Shown here one piece after another: positions 1-11,736 of a stretch of DNA of 64,000 nt; the first letter of the stretch is position 1; the number at the start of each line of letters is the position of its first letter. The position numbers and the translations under genes were made by a program. The notes below the pieces were generated by a model, which had not been told where the DNA came from, made no database searches, and was given only the letters and a program-made list of their open reading frames with translations. The DNA is taken from the NCBI RefSeq assembly GCF_006345805.1, contig NC_042999.1, positions 124,434,001 to 124,498,000 of the forward strand, given 5' to 3'. This DNA comes from Octopus sinensis. Taxonomy: Eukaryota.

Positions 1-89
1 AGCCAGGAAGATATCTTGTCAGTTAAGTGAGATAAAAGAAAGCAAACCTCAGGGCAGCAGAAAGTCATAAAACTGTCATCACACATTGA

Positions 90-560
90 TGCACTTGTAC
101 ACACACACACACACACACAACTATATATACATATATATACACATACACATAAACACACACATACGCAAACACACACACATACATTTACACATACATATAC
201 ATATACACACATACATATATATAGAAAAACACATAGTATATGTACACACACACACATATATATGCACATATACATGCACACACACACATACTCATTCATA
301 TATATACACACATTCACACACACACACACATATATATAATGGAATAATTACTATGTAGCATTGTGTAGAATATATTGTTCTGGCCTTACTCACAATCCTT
401 TATACAATATATATATATATATATATATACATACACATATATACACACATCCACACATGCACACACACACACATATATGTATACATATACACGTGCCTGC
501 GTGCACACACACATACACACACATTCATCCCTGAATTTATATACTTATATAAAAATATAG
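90..560. repeat. Compound (CA)n/(TA)n/(CATA)n microsatellite
   Basis: Direct reading. It explains the HT/YI-rich pseudo-ORFs. Confidence 0.95.
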
Positions 561-848
561 AGATATAAACCAAACAATATAATACAAAAAAAAAAGATAT
601 ATAAGAAAGTGTAAGTGAATAACAGTTAATTAGGAGGTCATACACTGGATTATCAAATACTTCATTATTTCTTGAATACAGACTTTGCAAACAAATATAA
701 TGAGAATGCCTAACCAGGATCCTGATGACATAATGTAGCATATAACTTAAGCTGTATTTAAAGATTTAAATGATATCTAAGTGAGACGAGTATACTTACT
801 TTACAGGGTACAGTTAAATAGAAGCTAAGACATATTATTTGAAGCCTA

Positions 849-1319
849 TTAGGTTACTGGTTTCAAAAATGAAGATGTGCTTCTAATAGGATAAGAGCAT
901 TTCACACTAAGTTCATTAGATTTGTTAAAGATATTACCTGAACATTTGAGTATTTCCCATAATTTAGCACAGCAAAGGGTGCACCCATACCTATAATTTA
1001 AATAGGGTAATGCATATTTTATTTCGCTCAAGGTAATTTGGAATCTAATTTCTTTCTCTTTTAATTCCCAATTTTTTTCCACAAGTGATGTAACCATAGC
1101 CTTATTATGATTATTGAAAATATAAGACTGGTTATATATTCTCTGCTTGAATTTGTAAGAAGTAGAACCAATATAGGTAAAAGATTTTAGGTTAATTATT
1201 ACATCACATCTATAAATGATAGTTAGAGGGTGTATGAGTTGGTTTTTAAAATTACATAATTTAGGAAATTTATGGCCAATAGTGCTTCTAGTATTATCTA
1301 AGAAGCAATTAATTGACCG
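849..1319 (-). pseudogene. Penelope-like element (PLE) GIY-YIG endonuclease C-terminal relic
   Basis: The frame of ORF 849-1097 is open upstream to ~1319 and reads ...LCNFKNQLIHPLTIIYRCDVIINLKSFTYIGSTSYKFKQRIYNQ...TSL...YALPYLNYRYGCTLCCAKLWEILKCSGNIFNKSNELSVKC. IIY..YIG..FKxR plus CxLC and NKxxEL match the PLE GIY-YIG pattern. No RT is present. Confidence 0.8.
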
Positions 1320-1608
1320 CTAAACTAACAAGATATCTTCCTGGCTTTAATGAACTTAAGGATACCTCTTGGCTACAGCATGTCTGGGTTTCTTGCACGT
1401 CCTCATTGTCAGTTTTGGCTATAAACTAATTAAGATAACTATTTTGAAATAATGTAGTCATTTAATTTCTTTGCTTCTTGCTTGTCCATTATAGCCACAC
1501 CTTCTAATTTCTCTATACATTCGAATGCCATTTTTTGAAACACCACTTATCAGAAAATGCTGGTTGGACTCATCATCGTCAAGGTGTTTTCTCACCTGTT
1601 TATAAAAT

Positions 1609-1690
1609 TTTACCTGAAGATGGTGGGTGATGTACTATGATGTAATCTATGAATACATGAATAATATTCTACTGAAACAGCTGCTGTGAA
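1609..1690 (+). ncRNA. Degenerate type I hammerhead ribozyme motif (PLE-associated)
   Basis: tttac-CTGAAGA(1614-1620)-long stem II-GAAA(1674)-cagctg-ct-gtgaa. Stem I tttac/gtgaa and a palindromic stem III are present, but the UH cleavage site is mutated. It lies next to the PLE endonuclease relic. Confidence 0.45.
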
Positions 1691-1927
1691 TTTTAAACAC
1701 TATTTGTGTTCTCTTTTATACCTATGCCACACCTAGAACAAACCCCAGAGTTGGATCTACTGTAAAAATTGGATTTGATACTTACATATCTATGGTATCC
1801 TGCCAACACATGATACCTTCATAGTGGTTTTACCTCACTGTGAACCCTATTATATTGTATATAACCATTTGGTGCATCTTACATTTTGCTGTGCCAAGAT
1901 TCTAATGAATCTTTTAACTAAGATAGG

Positions 1928-2310
1928 ATACATGCATACACACATACATACACATACATGCATGTGCACACACAAATGCACATACACACACATACATATA
2001 TACATACATACATACACACACATACATGCACATGTACACACAAATGCACACACACACGTACATACATACATATATACATACACATACATGAATATGCACA
2101 CACAAATGCACACTCACACATTCAAACACACACACACATACATACATAAATACATACATACATACATACACATACATGCACATGCACACACAAATGCACA
2201 CACACACATACATACATATATACATATATACATACATACACATACATGCATATGCACACACAAATGCACTCACGCATGCAGACACACACACATACACATA
2301 CATACATACA

Positions 2311-2342
<32 letters not shown>

Positions 2343-2583
2343 CACACACACACACATACATACATACATACATACATGCATACATATATACATACACATA
2401 CATGCACATGCACACACACACACACATACATATATACATATATACATACATACATACACATACATGCATATGCACACACAAATGCACACTCACGCATGCA
2501 GACACACACACACTTACACATACATACATACATACATACATACATACATACATACATACATACATACATGCATACATACATAC
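1928..2583. repeat. Compound (CATA)n/(CA)n microsatellite with higher-order blocks (atgcacacacaaatgcac)
   Basis: Direct reading. Confidence 0.95.
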
Positions 2584-2882
2584 AAATAGAAAAAAATGAA
2601 TAGCTGGAAAAGATTAGGAAGTGCATGAGAAGTTTAGCTGTGAAATCTATAGATATGACACCATTTGATTAGTTTCATGTTTTCACATAGAGATAAAGTT
2701 TTCTCTGAAAAATATCTGCACCTTGCATCAGATTGTATATTTACTTATACATGTAAAAAAGTTTTTCATGCTTTGTCAGAGTTTCAATGATTTCTGGCTT
2801 CAGTTTTAATTTTCAGCCCATAGAGTAAAACCACTTTTAACAGGAACACACACACACACACACTCAAACACACATATGTATG

Positions 2883-2951
<69 letters not shown>

Positions 2952-3027
2952 CATATATATATATATATACACACTCACATATATACATATGTATACATAC
3001 ATATGTGTTTGTGTAAACATATATATT

Positions 3028-3069
<42 letters not shown>

Positions 3070-3072
3070 ATA

Positions 3073-3445
3073 CTAGCAGTATCGCCCGGCGTTGCTCAGG
3101 TTTGTAAGGGAAATAACTATAAAGCATTTTTAGAGAGTTATAGCCAAAAAATAGCAAAAAAATGGGGAAAAAATGATGGTAAATTTTTTTTTAGTTAAAA
3201 AAGGTGGAGTTGCGTCCCTTAGACAGTTTGCGGTTTGTGTTTCTGATTCTCGACCCCATGTCGAATTTTTTTTTCAGAACTGGGGGAACTTTTCAAAATT
3301 TTCACTGCGTTAGTTTTGAATTATGACATTGGGCTATGTGTGTGTCAAGTTTCATCAGAATCGGTTGAAAGCCGTGGTCAGGGTGAGGGTACAAGCAAAC
3401 AGACACACAGAAACATGCACAGACAAACTGCTGTTTATATAGAGA
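3073..3445 (-). mobile_element. Non-autonomous Helitron-like element
   Basis: On the - strand it starts TC and ends with a GC-rich hairpin (gagcaacgccgggcg) then CTAG. It is inserted in (TA)n and shares its terminus with the copies at 11347 and 49238. Confidence 0.7.
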
Positions 3446-3463
3446 TATATATATAATATATAT

Positions 3464-3508
<45 letters not shown>

Positions 3509-3781
3509 ATATATATATATGTATGTATATATATATATGTATATATATATATGTACATATTAACTTATATATGCAATATATATGTTTTTCGTATGTGTGA
3601 TATTCTGTGTTAGTGTGTCAGTGTGTGTGTGAGTGCATGTAAGTACATGCATGTGTACCCATATGTGTGTTTGTGTGTGTGTGTGTGTATGTGTATTTGT
3701 GTGTGTGCATGTGTAGGTGTGTATGAGTGTGTGTGTGTGGAAAGTACTGCAAACGTCACTGTAACTCAACTTCACAAATTT

Positions 3782-3915
3782 TTATGAAGCTTTTCAAGTT
3801 TACATATTTCATTCTTTATTGTATTATTTAAAAATTTTCAACAGTACAATAAGAAACAGTACAATAAAAGGATACAATAAAAATGCAAATAAGAAGACTT
3901 GAAAAGCTTCATAGA
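3782..3915. repeat. Small imperfect inverted repeat (MITE-like)
   Basis: tatgaagcttttcaagt ... acttgaaaagcttcata arms. Confidence 0.6.
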
Positions 3916-4239
3916 AAGTGTTTTTTAATGAATGTTAGTCTTGTTCTCTACATGACATGCTTGAAAGGAAAACTGCTCCTCTTTCATGTTCGTTTGTCTG
4001 TCTCTGCCTCTGCTTGTATGTATGGATGTCTTTTTTCTTCTTTTTATTTATTAGTGTTCTTTCTTGAACAAGGGAACTGATTTCTCACAATGAAGCAAAA
4101 TCTCTATCACGGGAGTTTGGGTAACAACAATGATAACCATTGAACTTTTAAAAAAGGTTTGAATTTTAAAAAAGTCTTGCCTATTTTTACTGTTCCACTA
4201 ACAGACTGTATCTGTATAGTTTGTGTTAGCTAGTCTCTT

Positions 4240-4497
4240 AAAATAAATAAATGCGCCCTTCTAAAGCCTAGCCAGGCTCATGGGCCTGGTTTCCTGGTTC
4301 CTTTGGCAAATGTGGTCCCCAGCTGGACGGGACGCCAGTCAATTGCAGCATTACTCATTTTTGCCAGCTGAGTGGACTGGAGCAACATGAAATGAAGTGT
4401 TTTGCTCAAGAACACAACGCATCGCCCGGTCCAGGAATCGAAACAATTTTGTGATCATGGTGCTGACACCCTAACCACTAAGCCACGTGCCTCCACA
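4240..4497 (-). mobile_element. tRNA-derived SINE, family D (V-domain-like central region)
   Basis: A box tggcttagtgg, B box ttcgattcc, central gactggcgtcccgtccag, (ATTT)n tail. Partial copies lie at ~24520-24650, 34275-34400 and 36522-36665. Confidence 0.75.
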
Positions 4498-4582
4498 GCT
4501 AGTCTCTTACTTTGATGGAAAATTCTAGCTTCTCCAGAGAGTAGTTTAGACATTTGCTAACATAACCGATGATTATCAACAT

Positions 4583-4832
4583 TCTTTTATTTTTTTATTT
4601 GTTTCAATCATTTGACTGCAGCCATGCTGGAGCACTGCTTTGAAGTGTTTTTTTGTCGAACAATTCTACCCCAGGACTTATTTTTAAGCCAAGTACTTAT
4701 TTTACAGTCTCATTGCTGAACCACTAAGCTATGGGGATGTAAACATACCAACACTGGTTGTCAAGCGATGATAGGGAGACAAACACAGACAGAAACACAC
4801 ATATGTAGATGCACACATGCACACACATACAC

Positions 4833-4903
<71 letters not shown>

Positions 4904-5582
4904 CACATATATATATAGAAAACAAAGTTATTTTATTCCACATGGGTAGAAATATAGGAAAATAGAAGTTGAAAATGCTTTGAGAATAGTTAAAACATTT
5001 TTTTTTATTTCTGTATTTGAAGCTTTAACTGGTTTCACAGTTTATAATGACTTTCAAAAAGTTCAAATAGAAAGATGTGGCTTATGTCGTAGCTGTCTTG
5101 GTTCTAACTAGTGTTTGAATTTTGCCGTGTTTTTATAGGAGGTTCATAGCTCAAATTAGTATATGTTTAGTATATGCTTTCAAAACGTATATTAATTTGA
5201 GCCATGAACTCCCTATAAAAACAGGGCAAACTTCAAACACTAGTCAGAAGCAAGACAGCTGTGATATAAACCTCATCTTTCTATTTGAACTTTTTGAAAA
5301 TCAGTGTAAACTGTGAAACCGTTAAAGCTTTAAATGTATTAATAAAAAATATTTTAAATTCTCAGTGCATTTTCAACTTCTATTTTCCCTATATATATAT
5401 ATATATATACATACATATATATATATATATGACAGGCTTCTTTCAATTTCTGTCAACCAAATCCACTCACAAGGCTTTGGTCAGTTATAGTAGAAAGTTG
5501 CCCAAGGTGTCATGAAGTGGGACTGAACACAAAACTCTGTGGTTGGGAAACAAGCGTCTTACCACACAGCCATGCCAGCACC
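4583..5582 (-). mobile_element. SINE family A, interrupted in its central microsatellite by a palindromic MITE
   Basis: The 3' half (4583-4800) and 5' half (5430-5582) match the full copies at 16221 and 34403. Confidence 0.8.
4952..5392. mobile_element. ~440-bp fold-back/palindromic MITE
   Basis: The arms are reverse-complementary along almost the whole length (ggaaaatagaagttgaaaatgc / gcattttcaacttctattttcc; ttcaaaaagttcaaatagaaagatg / catctttctatttgaactttttgaa). TA flanks. Confidence 0.8.
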
Positions 5583-6249
5583 AATAAATTTATAATCAGG
5601 GTAGAAGATTTGTAGGTTTTAAGGCAGTTGTCTAAAGATATTCCTCTTATCACTAATGTAGACAGAGATGTTCACTCCTGCGGAACAACTAAACTCTATG
5701 ACTCTACAGGATTTTTCTTTCCAATCTCAAATAACTTTGTCAGATCCGTAATATTTGCACTTGGTAGAAGTTTTGAAGGGAACATCCCACCAATATTCCT
5801 TGTACTAATATGTATGTATGTATGTATGTATGGATGGATGGATGGATGGATGCTTGTATGTATCATGAGGTAATATTTATCCCCACAGTTGCATACTGGG
5901 GTCAATCTAATCGACTGGCCCCCTCCTCCAAAATTTCAGGCCTTGTACCTAGAGTAGAAAAGAATATTTATCCCCACTTAAATGTGGATGTTCTGTTAGA
6001 ACATACTAGACTGCAGTAGATACCATGAGTCTTATCTTCCCACATTTTGCACCCAAAGCCAATATGAGAGTTTCTCTCATGGTATATACCGCAGTATAGT
6101 TTGTTCTAACAGAACAATATTTAAATGGGGATAAATATTACCACTCAATATTAATACTGACTCTGTTGCTTAAATATATTTTTTAACAAGCTCACTAGCC
6201 ATGGCACTGTCTTTCTATTTACAGCTGGCAGGTAGATATCTGTATTTGG

Positions 6250-6460
6250 GATCATCATCATCATTGTTCGACCATGGTCAAGACAGTGGAATTTACCATG
6301 CTCCACCAGACTTCATGGTCCATCATGGCATTACGGAGGTCCTGTTGCTGGATGTCTGTATCCCTGGAGATTACATCAGGGTAGGAGAGTGTGCGCCCTC
6401 TGGTATTGCGAGTAGATGGCTTCCAGAGGAGAAGAGTAGAAATTACCTCTTTTGTAGAAG
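6250..6460 (-). mobile_element. 3' end of an RTE-like LINE
   Basis: EVISTLLLWKP..RGRTLSYPDVISRDT..DLRNAMMDHEVW followed by a (GAT)n tail. Confidence 0.7.
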
Positions 6461-6625
6461 AAATTCTCCTCTCCAGAGACATAAAAACCTGCAAGATTCT
6501 GAAAGTGGCAGCAAATTTCCGCAGAAACATTAATATCAAATGACTATTTCAGAAGAAAAGAGGATGTTGAAGGCCTTTAAGTGCTGTATGATATCACTCA
6601 AACAGCAGCATTTGCTAATGATAAA

Positions 6626-6880
6626 TGGAAGGGTTACTGCATCAGTAGTCGAATAGGACAAAACCCTGAAGCATTGGAACCTGGCAGTGAACTGTTGCTT
6701 CCAACCTATGGCATTTGAGATGTTTGAAGGGACTGGACCACTAACAGCAAAGTTCTTGTCATTGTTGGTAGCTTGACTCACCAAGGTTTCAGGTGATGCC
6801 TGTGAGGATAGTTGGCTTTTCTGACACCTTAGTCTCACCATCACCTGTGATAAAGCTGTGAGCATGCTGTGTTGCTTCAG
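6626..6880 (+). pseudogene. CRE-like non-LTR retrotransposon RLE-domain C-terminal relic
   Basis: The + frame reads ASVVE*DKTLKHWNLAVNCCFQPMAFEMFEGTGPLTAKFLSLLVA*LTKVSGDACEDSWLF*HLSLTITCDKAVSML. This matches the FxPxAxETxGxxG...FL...GDxRE..WLxQRLSLAIxRGNA pattern, with in-frame stops. Confidence 0.7.
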
Positions 6881-7039
6881 TAGGTTCCATTGTAGTGTGC
6901 GAGGAATTGAAGCACTTGCTGCTGCATTGATGTATTTTTCTTTCACCTCTTTCTGTATTTTTCCTTGTTTTTCTTTTGTTAAATATATTCTTGTTTTATG
7001 GGATACTGTCTTGTTCTGACTGCCATATCTTTTTAGTCT

Positions 7040-7275
7040 TGTGTGTGCATGTATGTGTGATTAGTGTGTGTGTGTGTTGTGTGTGTGTGTGTGTGTGTGT
7101 GTCTGTGTGTGTGAGTGTGTGCATGTGCATATGTGTTGTGTCTGTGTGTTTGTCTCTGTGTGTCTGTGTGTGTGAGTGTGTGCGTGTGTGTTGTGTCTGT
7201 GTGTTTGTCTCTGTGTGTCTGTGTGTGTGAGTGTGTGCATGTGCATATGTGTTGTGTCTGTGTGTTTGTCTCTGT

Positions 7276-7343
<68 letters not shown>

Positions 7344-7380
7344 ATGTGTGTGAGGGAGAGAGAGACAGACAGACAGACAA
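7040..7380. repeat. (GT)n microsatellite with higher-order duplications
   Basis: Direct reading. Confidence 0.95.
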
Positions 7381-7969
7381 ACGGATGAACTGAAGAATTA
7401 TTTCTTGCATGGTTTTGTTTTGATCCTTTTATATCCCGAAAAGTATGATGACACTCTACTAGAGTACAGATGATGACACAAATACCAGTTGAGCCCTGGA
7501 GTCGATGTAAATGACTTACCTCCTTCCTCAAAATTTCAAGTCAATTGCCTGGCAGAAAAAAAAATTATTTGTAAGTACAGGCTTTGTTGTGTGGGTAAGA
7601 AGCTTGCTCCCCAACCACATGGTATCAGGTTCAGTCCCACTGTGTGACACCTTCAGAGTAAATTTGGTAGGCAAACATCCTGTCATATTTGTACATGTGC
7701 GTGTGAAAGAGAGAAGGCCTTTGCTTAACTTCCTATGGGCTCTGTCTTACTTTCATTATAGTATTGCAACCATCAAAATGATTCAGCCATCTGATTTTCA
7801 CTCAAATTTTTGGAAAAACTATCATTAAAATATTTATTAGTAAGTTTTTTTTTGTTTTAGAAACATTTTTTAATCAATTTTTACATTTTATGAATTAATC
7901 TGCAAAGCCTCACCAACAAACAGCTTTCTACTGCCATCATATACGCAGCAGTATCATGTAGATCTAGCA

Positions 7970-8335
7970 CTTATAAAGTAGTACTCATGAATATAAAGTA
8001 GTACTTATAAATATAAAGTAGTACTTATAAATATAAAGTAGTACTCAGAAATATAAAGTAGTATTCAGAAATATAAAGTAGTACTCAGAAATATAAAGTA
8101 GTACTCAGAAATATAAAGTAGCACTCATAGATATAAAGTAGCACTCATAATATAAACTAGTACTCATAAATATAAAGTAGCACTCATAATATAAAGTAGT
8201 ACTCATAAATATAAAGTAGTACTTATAAATATAAAGTTGTACTCAGAAATATAAAGTAGCACTCATAGATATAAAGTAGTACTCATAAATATAAAGTAGT
8301 ATTTATAGTATAAAGTAGTACTCATAGTATAAAGC
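7970..8335. repeat. Minisatellite, ~20-bp unit ataaagtagtactcataaat, about 18 copies
   Basis: Head-to-tail units with no unique spacers, so not CRISPR. Confidence 0.95.
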
Positions 8336-9400
8336 ATCTTTTCAACCCACACACTTCATTTTATTCTAAATTGTCTACAAACTGCAGATCAAAGAACTTT
8401 CATTGATGTAACAGTACAGAAATTATATAACTCCAAGGCTATAAATTTGTTCCTTCCACTTACCATATCACTAGTACAAAATATTATGTGGCTTCTAAAG
8501 TGTATCAGAATTCTCTATAAGACAAAGCTACAGTTTCTGCTGTAAGTTTTCCACTCTTCTCTAACATATATTCTGTTATCAGTGTTTTGCCTGCTGAGCT
8601 ACGTCGATATGAAAGTCAGTCAGTGACTGCTTTATCTCTACATGCCGTTTATTGAAATGTCACAGAAATGAATACAATATTGATTGCATCAATGATAATA
8701 CAACTGGACCACAAACATTAAATGTCTTTATAAATATTGTCTGAAATGCTGAAAATAAGATTCTTCCCTTTTATGCTGACACTCTTTCAAGTCACTGGTT
8801 TCTAATGGGCAATAGGTTGGTTAAGAAGCAAAGGAGATAAAATAGCCAAGAAGCAAAGGTTTTCAAAATGTTCGAAATGATTTCTATGCTCCATAAGTGA
8901 TATTGGTCAGAAATAAGAGATCTTGCCATATTGAGCTGCAATAATGGAGCTTTACAACTGTGCTACTTGTGTTGTTTGATGTGATGGGGCTGTCAAAGTC
9001 CTAGCAAATGGATCTGTCAGAGTGGAGTGCTTCTAGTGCATCAAGCTGATTTCTATTGAGTTTAGTCAACAATTGATCATGTTTATATATTCTCCAACAG
9101 ACAAACCTGACAATAGTCTCCTGCCTACAGCACTTCATCAGCTCAAGGTTATGGATGGAATAATAGAGAAAGAATTGCTAACTAGATTTTCAATTCAAAA
9201 GTTTATTGTATTAATTTTAAAGGACAGCTTACAGCATCAGGGATAAAAAGAAAAAAAAAATTAACAGTTTATGTTTATGAATGTGAACTTGTCAGTGATT
9301 TTATGTTTGAATTTGCATTTGTGAGCTTGTCTACATTTTTCTGTGCAAAGGAGTGTATGCATGAAAGTGTATTCACATATATATATACATACTCACACAC

Positions 9401-9443
<43 letters not shown>

Positions 9444-9507
9444 CACATATATATATACATGAGCAAATATATATATACTTAAACACACACACACACACAC
9501 ATATAAT

Positions 9508-9665
9508 AGGCACAGATGTGGCTGTGTGCTTCCCAACCACATGGTCCTGGGTTCAGTCCCACTACATGGCACCTCCTTGAGCAAGTGTCTTCAATAATAT
9601 AGCCTAGGCCAACCAAAGCCTTCTGAGTGGATCTGGTATACAGAAACTGAAAGGAGCCTGTGGTA
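9508..9665 (+). mobile_element. SINE family A 5' half
   Basis: tggctgtgtg..ggttcagtcccact..caagtgtcttc..ccaaagcctt. Confidence 0.8.
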
Positions 9666-9715
<50 letters not shown>

Positions 9716-9754
9716 TACATTAATTTCATTCATCACTCGTTTATCATTCATTTA

Positions 9755-10155
9755 TCATCATTCTTAATGCCTATTTTCCATTCTGGTATGGGTTGGACTG
9801 TTTGACTGGAGCTGGTAAGGCAAGGGGCTGCACCAGGTTCCATAGTCAGTTCTGGTTTGATTTCTACAACTGGATGCCCTTCCTAATTCCAACCAATCCA
9901 CAAAGTGTACTGGGTGATTTTTATGTGGCACCATCACAAGTGCTTATTACATGGCATCAGCACCTGCATCAATACTTTTTACATGGCACCTTGGTTTTCA
10001 GATCACAATTCTATTGTTGTGGGAGGGTCTTCTCCAGTACAGCAGTGTGCCACATATCATGGTCCTCTGTCATCTGCTTCATAAAGTTCAGTGTTTTGAG
10101 ATCAGCCTTCAATATTTCATCCCATGTCTTCCTGGATTTCCTTCTTCCACAACTT
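9755..10155 (-). mobile_element. RTE LINE 3' end
   Basis: ORF end RKTWDEILKADL...W..AVLEKT, with a 3' UTR shared with 60315-62240. Confidence 0.75.
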
Positions 10156-10830
10156 CTCATACACACACATACACAAATATATATATATATATATATATAC
10201 ATACATATATTCAGTCATCTGAATGCAAATATTTGATACAAATATTATAAAACATTTTATCCCATGCTCTAACAATATCACTGGTCACTACTCTCATATA
10301 TCTAACATAGACAGAACGCCAGGAGTTTTGAAAGGAAGGCAATCAACTAAACCCACTCCTCTGTTCAAATGGCGCTTTACTTTATCAATTCTGGCAGAAT
10401 AAAAGACAAAGCTTGGTGAGATTTCATATGCATCTAATAATAAAGAAATATATTAAGAATTTACTTAGGGCCTCCTGCTGCATAAAAATCAAAATTAAAG
10501 TATATATAATGTAGTTAATCATGAAATTTCTCAATCAGAATTAGTCATTAATGCCAGTAATTTTTTTTCTTCTAAAGAGTATTAATTAAAATATCTTTAT
10601 ACATTACATTTCACCTGATAATACCCACTTAACTATTAAGCTTTCATGCAGTTGGTATCCCAGAGTATTTTACTCCCCTAATTATTTTTAATTATTATAA
10701 GTGGCAATAACAGCTGACATATTATAACATGCTTGTTGTCTGTATTCAAAAGAGAATATCATCATCATCATCATCATCATCATCATTATCCTCACAATTA
10801 TTATTGTTAAAAGTTAAATTGACATTAATT

Positions 10831-11278
10831 TTCACATTATTTTGTTAAGCTTATTTCTACAGAAATTATAACCAGCACTGATTTTTACTACGTTTCATAT
10901 CGTCAGATGTAAACAAATAATGAAATCGAAGACAAAAATGGGTAATGAGTGTATATGCCATATTTTGTGGGGTCTACCCCCTCATCAGCACCTATTTAAC
11001 CCACTCTCACCCCCGAACACATTGCTTATTATTAGTATATCCAATAACTTACTTCTGTATGTGGTGGCTATATAACCAATGTGTTCAGAGGTGAGAGTGG
11101 GTTAGCTGGGTGCTGATGAAGGGGAAAACTCCCAAAATATGGCATATACACTCATTATCTATTTTTGGCTTCGATATCATTGTTTGTTTACATCTGACGT
11201 CTCAATGCGAAACACTGTAGCAAAAACTCAGTGTTGGCTATAATTTCTGTAGATATAACCTTACAAAATAATGTAAAA
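10831..11278. mobile_element. Inverted pair of PLE-type pseudo-LTRs, each with a decayed hammerhead motif
   Basis: Arms ~10831-11029 and ~11072-11278 are reverse complements. The right arm reads gggtg-CTGATGA-aggggaaaactccc-aAAA-tatg-g-cata-TA-cactc (11108-11153). Confidence 0.7.
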
Positions 11279-11346
11279 AAAAGCACTGCTAACACAATAG
11301 AACGTGGTGTTGACTTATAAAAACAGTGAATATACTTTATAGTATA

Positions 11347-11736
11347 CTAGCAATATAGCCCGGCGTTGCTTGAGTTTGTTTCAACCCTTTAGAATTGGAA
11401 TTTTTGAAAAGTAAAAATTTTGCATTATGTAGCTTGTTATTCTCTTTAAGTGAACATTTTTCTGGTTGAAATACACCGAAAAAAAGCGACACAGCAGTAA
11501 AAAATCGTAAAAAATAGGGATTTTCATAGAAAAAAAGCACTTTTTTTATGTAAATAATTTTTGGTCATATGGTCCAATTTGAATTTTTTCTTCTATGGAA
11601 TAAAGAGCAAGCCTTCTTCTATCATACTCTCAATTTTGGTCAACTTCCACCGTAGGGTCTCAGAGGAGATAGTGTTAGCTAAAGGCTACCAAACCTGCCA
11701 CACACACACAGACAACTTCAGCTTTATATATATAGA
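11347..11736 (-). mobile_element. Non-autonomous Helitron-like element
   Basis: 5' TC, 3' hairpin plus CTAG, A|T target. Near full-length homology to 49238-49627. Confidence 0.8.

Noticed and set aside
86-3198. Long HT/YI/CV-rich ORFs (up to 259 aa), and similar ORFs throughout the window
   Set aside because: They are translations of dinucleotide/tetranucleotide microsatellites that are open in several frames.
6536-6946. 136-aa minus-strand ORF as a host exon
   Set aside because: It is the antisense of a CRE-like RLE relic.
7970-8335. Regular 20-bp repeat resembling a CRISPR array
   Set aside because: No unique spacers, no cas genes, and a eukaryotic context. It is a minisatellite.
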